A stretch of DNA of 64,000 nucleotides from an uncultured Chthonomonadaceae bacterium (GTDB lineage Bacteria; Armatimonadota; Chthonomonadetes; Chthonomonadales; Chthonomonadaceae), in contig CAWIEK010000049.1 in assembly GCA_963835065.1 (NCBI GenBank), positions 160,001 to 224,000 on the forward strand. The letters run 5' to 3'. Of this stretch, positions 1-9,932 are shown piece after piece. Position 1 is the first letter of the stretch. Every line of letters starts with the position of its first letter. The notes under the pieces are model-generated. The model was not told the origin of the DNA and made no database searches. It saw nothing but the letters and a program-made list of their open reading frames with translations. Made by a program: the position numbers and the translations under genes.

Positions 1-1
1 A

Positions 2-2084
2 CGGCAGAAATCCCGGACGCCCACCCTGGACGAGTTCGGGCGCGATTACACGGAACTGGCGCGTACCGATAAACTTGACCCGGTTGTGGGGCGGCATACG
101 GAAATTGAGCGCGTGATTCAAATCCTGAGTCGGCGCACCAAGAATAACCCCGTGCTGCTTGGCGAACCCGGCGTCGGCAAAACGGCCATTGCGGAGGGAC
201 TCGCGCAGCGCATGGTGTCGGGCGATATTCCCGAAACCCTCAAGGATAAGCGCATTGTCAGCCTCGACCTTGCCAGCCTTGTGGCGGGAACCAAGTACCG
301 GGGCGAGTTTGAAGAGCGGATGAAGCGCGTAATGGACGAGGTCCGCAAAGCGTCCGGCGAAATCGTCCTCTTCATTGACGAACTGCATACGCTTGTGGGC
401 GCAGGCGCGGCGGAGGGAGCGATTGACGCTTCCAACATTATGAAGCCCGCACTGGCAAGAGGCGAACTGCAGTGCATCGGCGCGACGACCTTAGACGAGT
501 TCCGCAAGTACATTGAGCGCGACGCGGCCTTGCAGCGGCGTTTCCAGCCGGTCAAGGTCAGCGAGCCGACGCCGGAAGAAGCCGTTGAGATTCTCAAAGG
601 TTTGCGGGAGCGGTATGAGCAGCACCATCGCGTGAAGATCACGGATGACGCGCTGGTAGCCGCCGCGCAACTGGCGGATCGCTATATTACGGATAAATTC
701 CTGCCCGACAAGGCCATTGACCTGATTGATGAGGCCGCAAGCCGCGTTCGGCTGCAATACGCCCTTCCGCCCGCAGACTTGCGACAGGCCAAGCAGAAAC
801 TGGCCGAAGTCAAGAAGCAGATCAATGCCGTTGCCGACAAGAACCTGTATAGCAGCGACAACAATCTGTCGGAAGTGGAAGAAAGCCTGCAAAAGCAGAT
901 CGAAGACCTGGAACTCGATTGGAACAGCAAGCGCGAAAGCATGGCGCGGGTTGTGACTGAGGATGAGGTTGCCCAAATCGTGCAGTCGTGGACGGGGATT
1001 CCGGTCAGCCGCCTGGTGGAAGCGGAAATGCAGAAACTTCTCCGCATGGAAGAAGAGCTGCACAAGCGCTACATCGGGCAGAACGCGGCGGTTGTGGCGG
1101 TCAGCAAGGCCGTGCGCCGCGCCCGCAGCGGCATGAAGGACCCGAAGCGTCCGATGGGCGTGTTCATGTTTCTCGGCCCGACGGGTACGGGGAAAACCGA
1201 ACTGGCCCGCGCGCTCTCGGCGTTCCTGTTCGACAGCGAAAACAGCCTGATCCGCATTGACATGAGCGAGTATTCGGAGCGGTTCAACGTCAGCCGACTG
1301 GTGGGCGCTCCTCCCGGCTATGTCGGGTACGAGGAGGGCGGCCAGCTTACGGAAGCGGTTCGCCGCAACCCGTACTCGGTCATTCTGCTGGACGAAATCG
1401 AAAAAGCGCACCCGGAAGTGTTCAACATTCTGCTGCAAGTGGCGGAAGACGGACGGCTTACGGACAGTCAGGGTCGTATCGTGGACTTCAAGAACACGGT
1501 TATCATTCTGACATCCAACCTGGGCGCGCAGCATATCAGCAAAACGGAGCGCGGCATCGGTATCCGGGGCGAAATCGAGCGGCGGGGCGCGGACGAAGAG
1601 CGGGCGAACGAAGCCACGCGCAACCGTGTCATGGACGAGGTGAAGAAGGCATTCCGACCCGAATTCCTGAACCGCATTGACGAGGTTATCGTGTTCGATC
1701 CGCTGTCTCCCGATCAGATATTCCAGATCGTGGACCTGATGCTGGCGCGGGTGAACAAGCAGATTCAGGCGCAGGACTTGAAGCTGGAACTGACGCCCGA
1801 AGTCAAGGAACTGCTTGGCGGAAGAAGGCTTCGACAAGGCAATGGGCGCGCGACCTTTGCGCCGCGCGGTTCAGCGCTTGATCGAAGACCCGCTTGCCGA
1901 AGAAGTTCTGCGCGGCACGTTCCGCTCCGGGGATACCATTCTGGCGTACCGTGACGAGGACAACAAAATCGCGTTCAAGCACAAGCCGATTGACGAGGGG
2001 ATGCCGAAAGTTCTGGAAGCCGGCGAGGACGGCGACGCAGACACCGGCCTGCCACCCTTTGAGGAACCGGCAGTGATCGGGTAA
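2..2084 (+). CDS. clpC: ATP-dependent Clp protease ATP-binding subunit ClpC (5'-truncated by window; apparent frameshift near 1817)
   Basis: Open from base 2 ([17 protein letters not shown]). Two AAA+ modules with Walker A GEPGVGKT and GPTGTGKT. C-terminus [19 protein letters not shown] continues in ORF 1815..2084. Confidence 0.93.
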
Positions 2085-2177
2085 TTGACCCTCGACCTCT
2101 GGCCCCTTCTCTCATAACACGTATTTCAAAGCGAAGCAGAAATACGGAGGCTGGGGGAAGGGGAACTGTTCAAATTA

Positions 2178-2216
2178 ACCTCCCGTTTGGCGATTGCCGG
2201 ACGGGAAGTTTTTTTC
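2178..2216 (+). terminator. Rho-independent terminator after clpC
   Basis: aacctcccgtttggc-gatt-gccggacgggaagtt hairpin (imperfect, G-U pairs) followed by a T run. Confidence 0.6.
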
Positions 2217-2309
2217 CTGGAAAACTAAGGAAACAATTACGCTGTTCGGTTCGTTTGGTAGGTGTTGTATTATCTATCCTAATCAATCTGTTTTGGAGGA
2301 GAAAATTCC

Positions 2310-2798
2310 ATGAAGAAGACTGTACGGCGTCGGTGGCTGGCGAGTGTGCTGACCCTTGTGATGGCCTGCGGCCTGCTGACGCCCTCGTTTGGTTTGCTGG
2401 ACAAGACGCGCTTTGCCGCCGATATGGGACTGGCGTTCTTCGCGTTTCGACATTATGTGTACAGCCCGTACAAGGCCGGAGCCTTTCAAACGGGAGCGCA
2501 GGGACGAACGAAAGCGATGATAAAGGGAGGCGCGGCCTTGTTGTTCGCCGTGAACCGCGTAAAGAAAGCAAACAGTATCGCGCACAACAGCAAAAGCCCG
2601 TTGCTGCACAAACTGGTTGCTCCCCTGGATGCGCTGGAAACCGAGTACAGTACGCTCGGCCAGAAGCTGAAGGGTGGCAACTTCGACCCGGCGCAAATAG
2701 ATCGCGTGAATGGTCATGTCAACGACATCGGCTCCGGCGCGTCGGCAGCCGGCGCTCCCATCAAAGAAAAACCGGAAGCCATTCCCGGCACAGAGTAA
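2310..2798 (+). CDS. Secreted hypothetical protein
   Basis: SD ggagg upstream; signal peptide-like N-terminus; 162 aa. Confidence 0.75.
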   Translation: MKKTVRRRWLASVLTLVMACGLLTPSFGLLDKTRFAADMGLAFFAFRHYVYSPYKAGAFQTGAQGRTKAMIKGGAALLFAVNRVKKANSIAHNSKSPLLHKLVAPLDALETEYSTLGQKLKGGNFDPAQIDRVNGHVNDIGSGASAAGAPIKEKPEAIPGTE

Positions 2799-2825
2799 GA
2801 CGTTCATAACCGATAAGACGGTTTT

Positions 2826-2851
2826 TAGCCGGGATGTTCACATCCCGGCTA
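2826..2851. terminator. Hairpin / likely terminator
   Basis: ttagccgggatgt-tc-acatcccggctaa perfect inverted repeat just after the stop at 2798. Confidence 0.55.
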
Positions 2852-2956
2852 AGAGTGCATCTTTAGCCCACATATAAATGCAGCCCAAAATGCTTTCTAT
2901 GTGGCTGAATGTATATTTTAAGCGAAATATGTATGTATACATAGGACTGTAGAAGC

Positions 2957-3451
2957 ATGGCCTGGAAAGTTGTCGAACGTCGTGTTGGTAAAGCAGGCTC
3001 TCTCAAACGGAGAAGCGGGCGTCAGCGCGAGTGGGACAGCAAGTACGGCGAAGGGAATTGGGAAATCGGCTACGTTGTAGAAGGCCATTTCATCAGTCAA
3101 GAAGAAGCTCTGGAGACTATCTATTATCGCAGTTATGAGCAGCATTTTCAGCAGCATCCTTCCGATGTGGAAGAATTGATAAAATTGGCAAAGGTATTGC
3201 GTAATCCACATGCGGAAGCGACAACCAGTGTAGACCTGCAAGTTCCTGCAATCATGGATTACCTGAAGCGCAATAACTTATGTCTGCAAGGCCGCGAGGT
3301 TGTAGATATTGGTTCATGGGAGGGGCAGGCGACTTACGCCATCAGCATTCGATTAAGCCCTTTATCGGTTCGGGTGATTGGCGACCCAAAAATGACGCTG
3401 GAGCAGTATTGGCAGGATAAGAAGTGTTTGGCGACCTGGGAAGATGATTAA
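2957..3451 (+). CDS. Hypothetical protein (164 aa)
   Basis: Intact ORF with globular composition after an AT-rich upstream region; no family recognised. Confidence 0.7.
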   Translation: MAWKVVERRVGKAGSLKRRSGRQREWDSKYGEGNWEIGYVVEGHFISQEEALETIYYRSYEQHFQQHPSDVEELIKLAKVLRNPHAEATTSVDLQVPAIMDYLKRNNLCLQGREVVDIGSWEGQATYAISIRLSPLSVRVIGDPKMTLEQYWQDKKCLATWEDD

Positions 3452-3536
3452 GCAGCTTGTTTGCAGGCACTTTCAAACCAGAACAATCGAAGTGTCAAAA
3501 CCAATTGTGGTAGAAATCTAAAGAGGAAATGTAACC

Positions 3537-4171
3537 ATGTCTGCGTTGCCAATGACTCCGGTGTTAATCTCACGCGCCATGATTAGAACGCGCCCGGATG
3601 GAACGCAATCGGAGTGCAGTATCAACTTCGGGACGCCGACAGTTCATCCCACTATTACGAACGCGGGAGAAGCGGTATATTATTGCCCTATTCAACTTAA
3701 GGACTTGGAGGATGATTATATTTATTCGCTTGTTGGCGATGATCCGCTTGCCGTGCTGTTGCGGTCTCTGCGGGGCGATTGCGTATTTGTATGGTTGACC
3801 GACTTGATGAAGGATACGGGCTGATGCCGACGCAGATGGAAGTTTGGGAGGCAATATCAACAGGTATGCGGAGAGCTCATGTGTCAGGTGACGGGCGCGG
3901 GAGGAGTCGGGGCTGATTTGTGAGGATTAAAGATAAGGACTTGGAGGATGATTATATTTATTCGCTTGTTGGCGATGATCCGCTTGCCGCGCTGATTGCG
4001 GCTCTTTATTTTGCAGGTTCCCGGCTTGGCAGCCCACGCTATGCCGACCAGTTGGATTGGCCCGCCTGCATCAACTTTGGATTTCCAGTCCGGCCCAAGT
4101 TCGATTTGCCGCCGGAGGATGATTTAAACAGCGATGGAACATTGTGCCGCCGAGAAGGGGTAAACGTATGA
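3537..4171 (+). pseudogene. Small DUF6968-like gene split by a 56-bp direct duplication and an unrelated insert
   Basis: ORFs 3537..3824 and 3920..4171 both encode KDLEDDYIYSLVGDDPLA; joining the two copies gives one coherent ~130-aa protein. Confidence 0.5.
3698..3989 (+). repeat. 56-bp exact direct repeat (3698-3753 and 3934-3989)
   Basis: taaggacttggaggatgattatatttattcgcttgttggcgatgatccgcttgccg present twice. Confidence 0.95.
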
Positions 4172-4469
4172 ATTACTAAGAGCCTCTCCCCATACCTCGC
4201 GCGATGCTAACAGCAACAATTCAGAAAAAAGATAAAAAAGAGCCGAACAACGCGAAAAAACGAACCCTTTGCCTCATTCACCCTGTCTATACAGTACAAA
4301 CGTCTACTGTACAGATGTTATGTCCATAGGAAGGGAGGTGCATGAGAATGTCCCCACACCCCTCCCGTTCGCCCTGATGCTGCTGAGGTCACGACGCCTC
4401 TCTCCTACAACTTGACACAATGAGACATCGGGCTGGAAGCGCTGTATTGCCAAGATTTCGACGATCTCT

Positions 4470-6059
4470 CTACATATTGTTTCGTTGTTGTTTGGCTTGG
4501 TTCCAGTAGACGTCCATTTCTTCGAGGGTCATGTCGTTGAGAGTGCGGCCCTGTTCCGTTGCGCGTTGTTCGATGTAGCGGAAGCGGGAGGAGAAGCGTT
4601 TGAGCATCTGGCGCAGGGCTTCTTCGGGATCGAGTTTCTGCCAACGCGCCACTTGTACGAGCGTGAACAGCAGGTCGCCGAGTTCCGCTTCCACTTTGGC
4701 TTTGTCCACGTTCGCTGCGCTGAGTTCAGCTTTTAGTTCCTGTGGTTTCTTCATCCCACTTTTGCAGCACATCCTCAAAACGGTTCCACTCGAAACCGAC
4801 CTTCACGACGCGCTTGCTGATCTCCATCGCCTGCATCAATGCGGGCAGGGCGGACGGTACGCCGTCGAGCAGGGACTTGCGATAATCCACATCGTCGGGT
4901 GACTTTTCCGCCTTTTTGATGGTTTCCCAATTGCGCAGAACTTCGTCGCTGTCGGCAACCTGCGTGGTTCCGAAAACGTGCGGGTGGCGGCGCACCAGTT
5001 TTTCCACAATGGCCGCGCTCACATCATCTATGCTGAACACGCCTTCCTCATGGGCAAGTTGGGCATGGAATACCACCTGCAAGAGCGCGTCGCCCAATTC
5101 CTCAACAAAACCATCAGGAGGTCCGCCCGCGTTGTAGGCGTCAATGGCGTCCAGAACCTCATACGTTTCTTCCACAAAATACTTTTTCAGCGTGGCGTGG
5201 GTTTGTTCCCGATCCCACGGGCAGCCGTCCGGGGCGCGGAGTTTCGCCATGACGCCAACGAGTTCGGTAAATCCGGGACGGCGGCGACCGGCGGGCAGGG
5301 GCGGAACGTAAACGGCAGTGAGATGGCTGACAGGTTCGCGGTCCAATTGGTACAGGGGAACGGAACGTACCGACTGGCGATCTGCAACGCCCGCTTCCTG
5401 AACAACGCGCACTTCCCAATCATCGGGGTAGTCGCGCATCAGGGCGAGTTTGGTGTGGGAAGCGGAAGCGCGTCGTATACCTGGAACAGCAGCAAGCCCC
5501 GCGTTACATCCAGCCGCGCGCCCATGCGATTGCCGTTGGTATCTATGCTGTCGAAGGTTTGCAGCGTCAGGGCGTCGCGTATGTCGCAGCCTGCATCCAG
5601 CGGTACGCCCAATGCGGTAAAAACCGCTTCCACGAAACTGCCGGAACTGATAACATGCGTGGGAATGTTGGCCTGCTGCGCCTGATCCAGAATCAATTGC
5701 GCCGCGCGTTCGCCAAACAGGGGATGGCCGGGAACGGCGTAAGCCACTTCATACGGGATTGCGTCCGTTGTTTCGCGTTGCGCGGCGGCGAGAACGGATT
5801 GCGCGATTTGGTTGTATACATCGTCAAAATCCGCCGCCGAGTCGTAAAGCGCGTCGAATGTATCAAAAACGATGCCTTCTGATTGCAGCCATGTGACAAC
5901 AGGATGGCGGGCCGTTCGGAGAAATAAAGCTCCCGTTCCTGTCTGATGGTCGGCAGATGCTTGACGCAGGCCGCGCTCCGCGCCGCGCGATAAACTATCG
6001 CTGTCGCCAGCGCCCAATCCGATCAGCGTAATCAACGATGTTTCCTCTGGAAAGAACAT
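4470..6059 (-). CDS. mazG: Tetrapyrrole methylase-like/MazG nucleoside triphosphate pyrophosphohydrolase fusion (YabN-like), two apparent frameshifts (~5465, ~4745)
   Basis: N-terminal IGLGAG and YAVPGHP motifs; MazG motifs GCPWDREQT, EETYEV, EELGD and ELGDLLF spread over ORFs 5439..6059, 4726..5439 and 4470..4778. Confidence 0.88.
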
Positions 6060-6175
6060 TCAACAAAACAACGCGCTACCTGACCGAGTCTGGAACGACC
6101 CGTCTAACGGGCATGCCGCCAACCGGTCTGCAACCGGAAACCTTATTTTGTTGAGAATTTCCAAGTGACGGCAAG

Positions 6176-6221
6176 AAACGCCTTTGTCAGCAGACCGGGA
6201 ATGGCGCTGACAAAGGCGTTT
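6176..6221 (-). terminator. Terminator hairpin downstream of prsA
   Basis: aaacgcctttgtcagc ... gctgacaaaggcgttt 16-bp inverted repeat. Confidence 0.7.
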
Positions 6222-6238
6222 ACAGGCTGTGGACGTGG

Positions 6239-7642
6239 CTACCGGCCGGAACTTGCGGGAGGCGTCGCCCCCCCGGAACCTGGGGCGGAAGTACCGCCGC
6301 CGGCAGGAGCGGACGCGCCGCCTGATGTTGGGGCTGCGCTGCCGCTGCTGGCAGGAGCCGATGCGCCCGTAGAACCGGATGCGCCGGAACCAGCGCCGGC
6401 AGAGCCTGAGCCGGAAGAACCAGCCCCGGCAGCGCCAGACCCGCTATTTGGATTTGAACCTGTGGAACCAGCGCCGGCAGCGCCGCCCGCTCCGGCAGGC
6501 GCGGAACCGGAACCTGGCGCGACCATTCGGGGCGCGGAGCCGGAAGGAGCGCCCGCGCCGGGACGAATCATCATGGGGCGACCGCCTCCGGGCGCTCCTG
6601 ATGGAGCGCCTCCCGGTCCCCCGGAAGGCGCTCCACCGGGACCGCCGGGACCACCGCCCATCATGCCCATCGGATTAACCGGGGGTTTCAAGGCTTGTTT
6701 CACCACATCGTTGTAGCGCTCGATGTACACGTCCACTTTGGCGGTTTTGTTGTACTCATTGATCAGTTCTTCGCTGTGCTGAAGCAGTTGTGGCTGCGTT
6801 TCCGCCAGTTTGCGTTCACGAACCGCTTCATGGGCGTCGGCAAGCGTGGCATCGCCTTTGGGCATCCGTTTCACAAGCTGCACCACGATGGTGGTAGCCG
6901 TTGGAGCGCCGGGAGCCTGAATTTTCACGGGAGCGGCGGCAACCTGTCCGTCTTTCAGCGAAGCAAGCGCTGTTTTAAGAGGTTCTGGCAGAGGGTCAAG
7001 CACGACGTAGCGTACCGCGCCGGCGTTGGGAACATATTTTGCGGCAGCGGCGGCAAAATCGCCGTTGGCCTTGATCTGGCTGATCAGCTGAATGCCCTCG
7101 GTATCGTTGGGAACCGGAGCCACGCGCAAGCCAACGATCTCAGGATAATTGTACTGCTTTTGATTTTCCTTGAACGCTGTCTGTATGTCCGCTTCGGGAA
7201 TCGTGGCGGCGTTGGAACCCAGATTGATTTTGATCATGTTCTCGCGGAGCAATTTGGGCAGCATTTCCGGCGTGAGTTGCCCGGCGGCAATGGAGGACAT
7301 AACACGGGGATCGGTGCGCGTCAGATACTGCGCGTAACGTTTGACTTCATCCTCCGTAGGAAGGGCATGCTTGTCGGCAGCGAGCTTTTCGAGCAGTTTG
7401 TCCTTGACGGCGAGGATGAGGCCGGCGCCGCCCGCATCCGTCGTAACCTGTTGAGACGTCAACTGCTGAAAATCCTGCGCCTTGACGCGGGAAACGTAAT
7501 CCTGGTACTCCTCGTCCGTGATCGTTGCATCATTGACGCGAGCGACGTATTTGCGGTTCTGGCAGCCGGCCAGCGGCGTAAGCAGAGCCGCGAGGCCAAG
7601 CGCCGCCAGGCTGCGCCTGCGAAGGTGAGTGGAAACATACAC
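6239..7642 (-). CDS. prsA: PrsA/SurA-like peptidyl-prolyl isomerase lipoprotein with long Gly/Ser/Ala/Pro-rich tail
   Basis: Lipobox LAGC; VARVN..IT SurA N-domain start; parvulin-like GDFAAAAAKY; GTG start after SD aaggag; adjacent to a yabN-like gene. Confidence 0.7.
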   Translation of the reverse strand: MYVSTHLRRRSLAALGLAALLTPLAGCQNRKYVARVNDATITDEEYQDYVSRVKAQDFQQLTSQQVTTDAGGAGLILAVKDKLLEKLAADKHALPTEDEVKRYAQYLTRTDPRVMSSIAAGQLTPEMLPKLLRENMIKINLGSNAATIPEADIQTAFKENQKQYNYPEIVGLRVAPVPNDTEGIQLISQIKANGDFAAAAAKYVPNAGAVRYVVLDPLPEPLKTALASLKDGQVAAAPVKIQAPGAPTATTIVVQLVKRMPKGDATLADAHEAVRERKLAETQPQLLQHSEELINEYNKTAKVDVYIERYNDVVKQALKPPVNPMGMMGGGPGGPGGAPSGGPGGAPSGAPGGGRPMMIRPGAGAPSGSAPRMVAPGSGSAPAGAGGAAGAGSTGSNPNSGSGAAGAGSSGSGSAGAGSGASGSTGASAPASSGSAAPTSGGASAPAGGGTSAPGSGGATPPASSGR

Positions 7643-7793
7643 AGCGGATTCTTCTCCTTTAACAAAAACCGGCGACATTCTGAAAGACAGGACAATGCAG
7701 GCATGGCGTTTAAGCCTGCCTGCATCGCAATAAAAGTCAAGAACATCCCCGGCGAAAATTGCGTGGTGTTATTAGTTTACACCATTCCAGTCT

Positions 7794-8381
7794 TTATTTG
7801 CGTCCTTTTGCGGCGTGTTGGCAGCGAAGCCCAAGCAATGTCTCAATTTCACCCTCTGAAATACCGGTTTCGCGCGCGATGTCGCCTGCCGATTGTCCCG
7901 CATCCGACAGCGCAAAGACGTAAGCGCGTTTTTGCTCCCAGGAATTTGGCGGCGCAGGCAACGATTGCGCAATAAAAGGCATGTCCTGCGCGGTAACAAC
8001 AGCCGCCTGCTGCGTGTCCAAAACTGCGATGGCGCTTTGCTCCGTGACGAGGGTGAGTGGAGAAAGCATGGACGGCGGCTCGTTTGCTGTCACCAGGGAA
8101 TGTCGGCGCGCTTCCTCCAGGGTTTCGAGATGTTCTTCCAGCGTGGAAGCCATTTCCCGCGCCTGTCGGCACTGCGCTTCCAATTGCGCGGACGCGCGCT
8201 CGGAAGTCTGCTGCAGATCGGCTAAAAGCTGTTTGACGCTGCGCTGCAAGGCTTTCACTTCGCCCAGAACAGGCGTTTCCGCCGCCTGGGCGGACAGTTC
8301 GCCCTTGGCCTGCTGGAACAAAAACCAGCCCACCGCCAGCATCAATATCTGCATCACCAGAACGACAGCCTGCCACTCCAT
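7794..8381 (-). CDS. Membrane-anchored coiled-coil protein with C-terminal HTH (DUF6115/DUF2802-like, flagellar-locus associated)
   Basis: N-terminal TM helix, coiled coil, C-terminal GQSAGDIARETGISEGEIETLLGL; directly after fliA. Confidence 0.65.
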   Translation of the reverse strand: MEWQAVVLVMQILMLAVGWFLFQQAKGELSAQAAETPVLGEVKALQRSVKQLLADLQQTSERASAQLEAQCRQAREMASTLEEHLETLEEARRHSLVTANEPPSMLSPLTLVTEQSAIAVLDTQQAAVVTAQDMPFIAQSLPAPPNSWEQKRAYVFALSDAGQSAGDIARETGISEGEIETLLGLRCQHAAKGRK

Positions 8382-8419
8382 TGCTCGCCCTTTCCTTAGT
8401 ACGGAAAAAAGAAGGATAA

Positions 8420-9193
8420 TTACGCCCGGAACAGCTCGATATCGCGCCGCAAATAACCCTGCATACGCAGAACGGCCTGCGTGTGCAGTTGATACACGCG
8501 GGACTCGGAAATGGTGAGGATTTTGCCGATTTCCTTGAACGTCATGCCATCGTAGTAGTACAGGGAAATGACTTGACGTTCGCGCTGCGGCAGGCGGTCT
8601 ACGGCTTTGACTAACATTCTGCGTCGTTCGCGTATCTCGGCTTCCCCGGTCGGCGTAATGCCGTCGTCACGAAGCACATCCGCCAAATGCAAACCTTCGT
8701 TGCCATCACTGCCGACCAGAACATCTTCAAACGACAGCAGCGAGGTGCGGCTTATCTCCACAAGCATCTTTTGGAAGTCTTCGGGCTTGACATTGAGCGC
8801 GGCTGCCATTTCGTCTTCTTTGGCGGGCCGTCCGAGTTTGGTTTCCAGTTCCGTATAGGTGCGCTCGATCAGTTTAACGCGTTCGCGGGTGCTGCGGGGA
8901 ACCCAATCGTCCTCGCGCAGCATCTCCAGAATGGCCCCCCGGATCAGAGCAATCGCGTAAGTCTCGAATTTCACCTGACGGGTGGTGTCGAATTGATCCA
9001 CGGCTTTGATCAGGCCGACCACGCCTGCGCTTACCAGATCGTCGCGCTCCAAACTCGGCGGCATGTTGCTGATAACGCGGCCTGCCGTGATTTTGACGAG
9101 GTAGGCGAAGTGTTCAATTAAGGTGTCGCGCGCCCGCATATCTTTGTTGCACTTGAAGTCCTTCCAATTCCGCTGCAGTTCCCAAGATGACAT
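8420..9193 (-). CDS. fliA: RNA polymerase sigma-28 factor FliA/WhiG
   Basis: DLVSAGVVGLIKAVDQFD, KFETYA..IRGAIL, DWVPRS, ISESRVYQLH motifs; SD aaggag. Confidence 0.95.
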   Translation of the reverse strand: MSSWELQRNWKDFKCNKDMRARDTLIEHFAYLVKITAGRVISNMPPSLERDDLVSAGVVGLIKAVDQFDTTRQVKFETYAIALIRGAILEMLREDDWVPRSTRERVKLIERTYTELETKLGRPAKEDEMAAALNVKPEDFQKMLVEISRTSLLSFEDVLVGSDGNEGLHLADVLRDDGITPTGEAEIRERRRMLVKAVDRLPQRERQVISLYYYDGMTFKEIGKILTISESRVYQLHTQAVLRMQGYLRRDIELFRA

Positions 9194-9390
9194 TGTTTCA
9201 CTCCTTCACGCGCCGGCAAGCCTGTGTGTGCTGTGACCGGTTTTTCCTTCCACTCTATCCAACTTCTCTGTTCAAACTTGAACTATCAGGAACCGGTATA
9301 TACCATCTAAATCTCTTTACCGGTTATTAGGCCTTCGGCCAATCATCCTGCGGACGGAAAACTACCTGTGTATTCAGGCCGCAGTGTACG

Positions 9391-9441
9391 AAGCGGGGCA
9401 CTTAAAGTTCGTAGCATCTGCATCGCTATCAACTATCAACT
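9391..9441 (+). repeat. Copy 1 of a ~55-70 bp dispersed element ending in a (CTATCAA)n array
   Basis: aagcgg..aaagttcgta..gcat..ctatcaactatcaact; related copies at 9861-9930 and 38032-38095 (reverse). Confidence 0.6.
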
Positions 9442-9443
9442 TC

Positions 9444-9776
9444 TCATGCTGCCGTTTCCGCTTCGTCTTCGCTTCCGCTGCTTGGAACGCCCAACAAATC
9501 GGCTACGGAAGTTCCGGGCAGGATCATATCTAATTGGCTTGGCCGGGCGGAAGCGGAATGGGAGCCGGGAGCGCTTTCATCCTTATCTTCCTGATGCGGC
9601 ATTGCTGTCAGCGTAAACCGAAGCACCAACCCGAAACCGGAAAAAACAAGAAAAGCCGCCAACGCCTTCATCATGCACGTGCCGGGCGAAGTGCCATTCA
9701 TCAAACTGATGAAGGCAATCAGCATGGCGGCGCAGGATCCCAGTATGGTAGGCAATTGGGGCGTGATTGTTGTCAC
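9444..9776 (-). CDS. Small two-TM membrane protein in the flhG-fliA cluster
   Basis: GTG start after SD agagga; two hydrophobic helices and an acidic tail. Confidence 0.65.
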   Translation of the reverse strand: MTTITPQLPTILGSCAAMLIAFISLMNGTSPGTCMMKALAAFLVFSGFGLVLRFTLTAMPHQEDKDESAPGSHSASARPSQLDMILPGTSVADLLGVPSSGSEDEAETAA

Positions 9777-9860
9777 AACGCGCTTCCTCTTAACAAAGCA
9801 TTGATAATTTGCACAAAACAGTAACAGTCGAAAAAGGCCGGTGTCCGCGCAAACGGCGCT

Positions 9861-9930
9861 AAGCGGCGGAACGCTGAAAGTTCGTAATAGTTGCATGTAT
9901 CTATCAACTACGAACTATCAGCTATCAACT
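9861..9930 (+). repeat. Copy 2 of the dispersed element with a (CTATCAA)-like heptamer array
   Basis: aagcggcggaacgctgaaagttcgt...ctatcaactacgaactatcagctatcaact. Confidence 0.7.
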
Positions 9931-9932
9931 GT

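Noticed and set aside
1810..1830. Programmed ribosomal frameshifting in clpC and other split genes
   Set aside because: No slippery heptamers or consistent stimulators; the pattern fits sequencing error
491..1837. Long antisense ORFs (e.g. 491..1837, 6695..7975, 11798..12976, 26152..27198, 35469..36752, 52779..53768)
   Set aside because: Shadow frames of well-supported genes in GC-rich DNA, with no recognisable motifs
3698..3989. CRISPR array
   Set aside because: Only two copies, 56 bp long, protein-coding, with a ~180-bp spacer and no cas genes
6061..6165. Riboswitch upstream of the mazG fusion
   Set aside because: Small hairpins are present but match no aptamer I recognise
6300..6620. 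ApbE flavinylation sites in the PrsA tail (SGAS, TGAS)
   Set aside because: Expected by chance in Gly/Ser/Ala low-complexity sequence, and far from apbE
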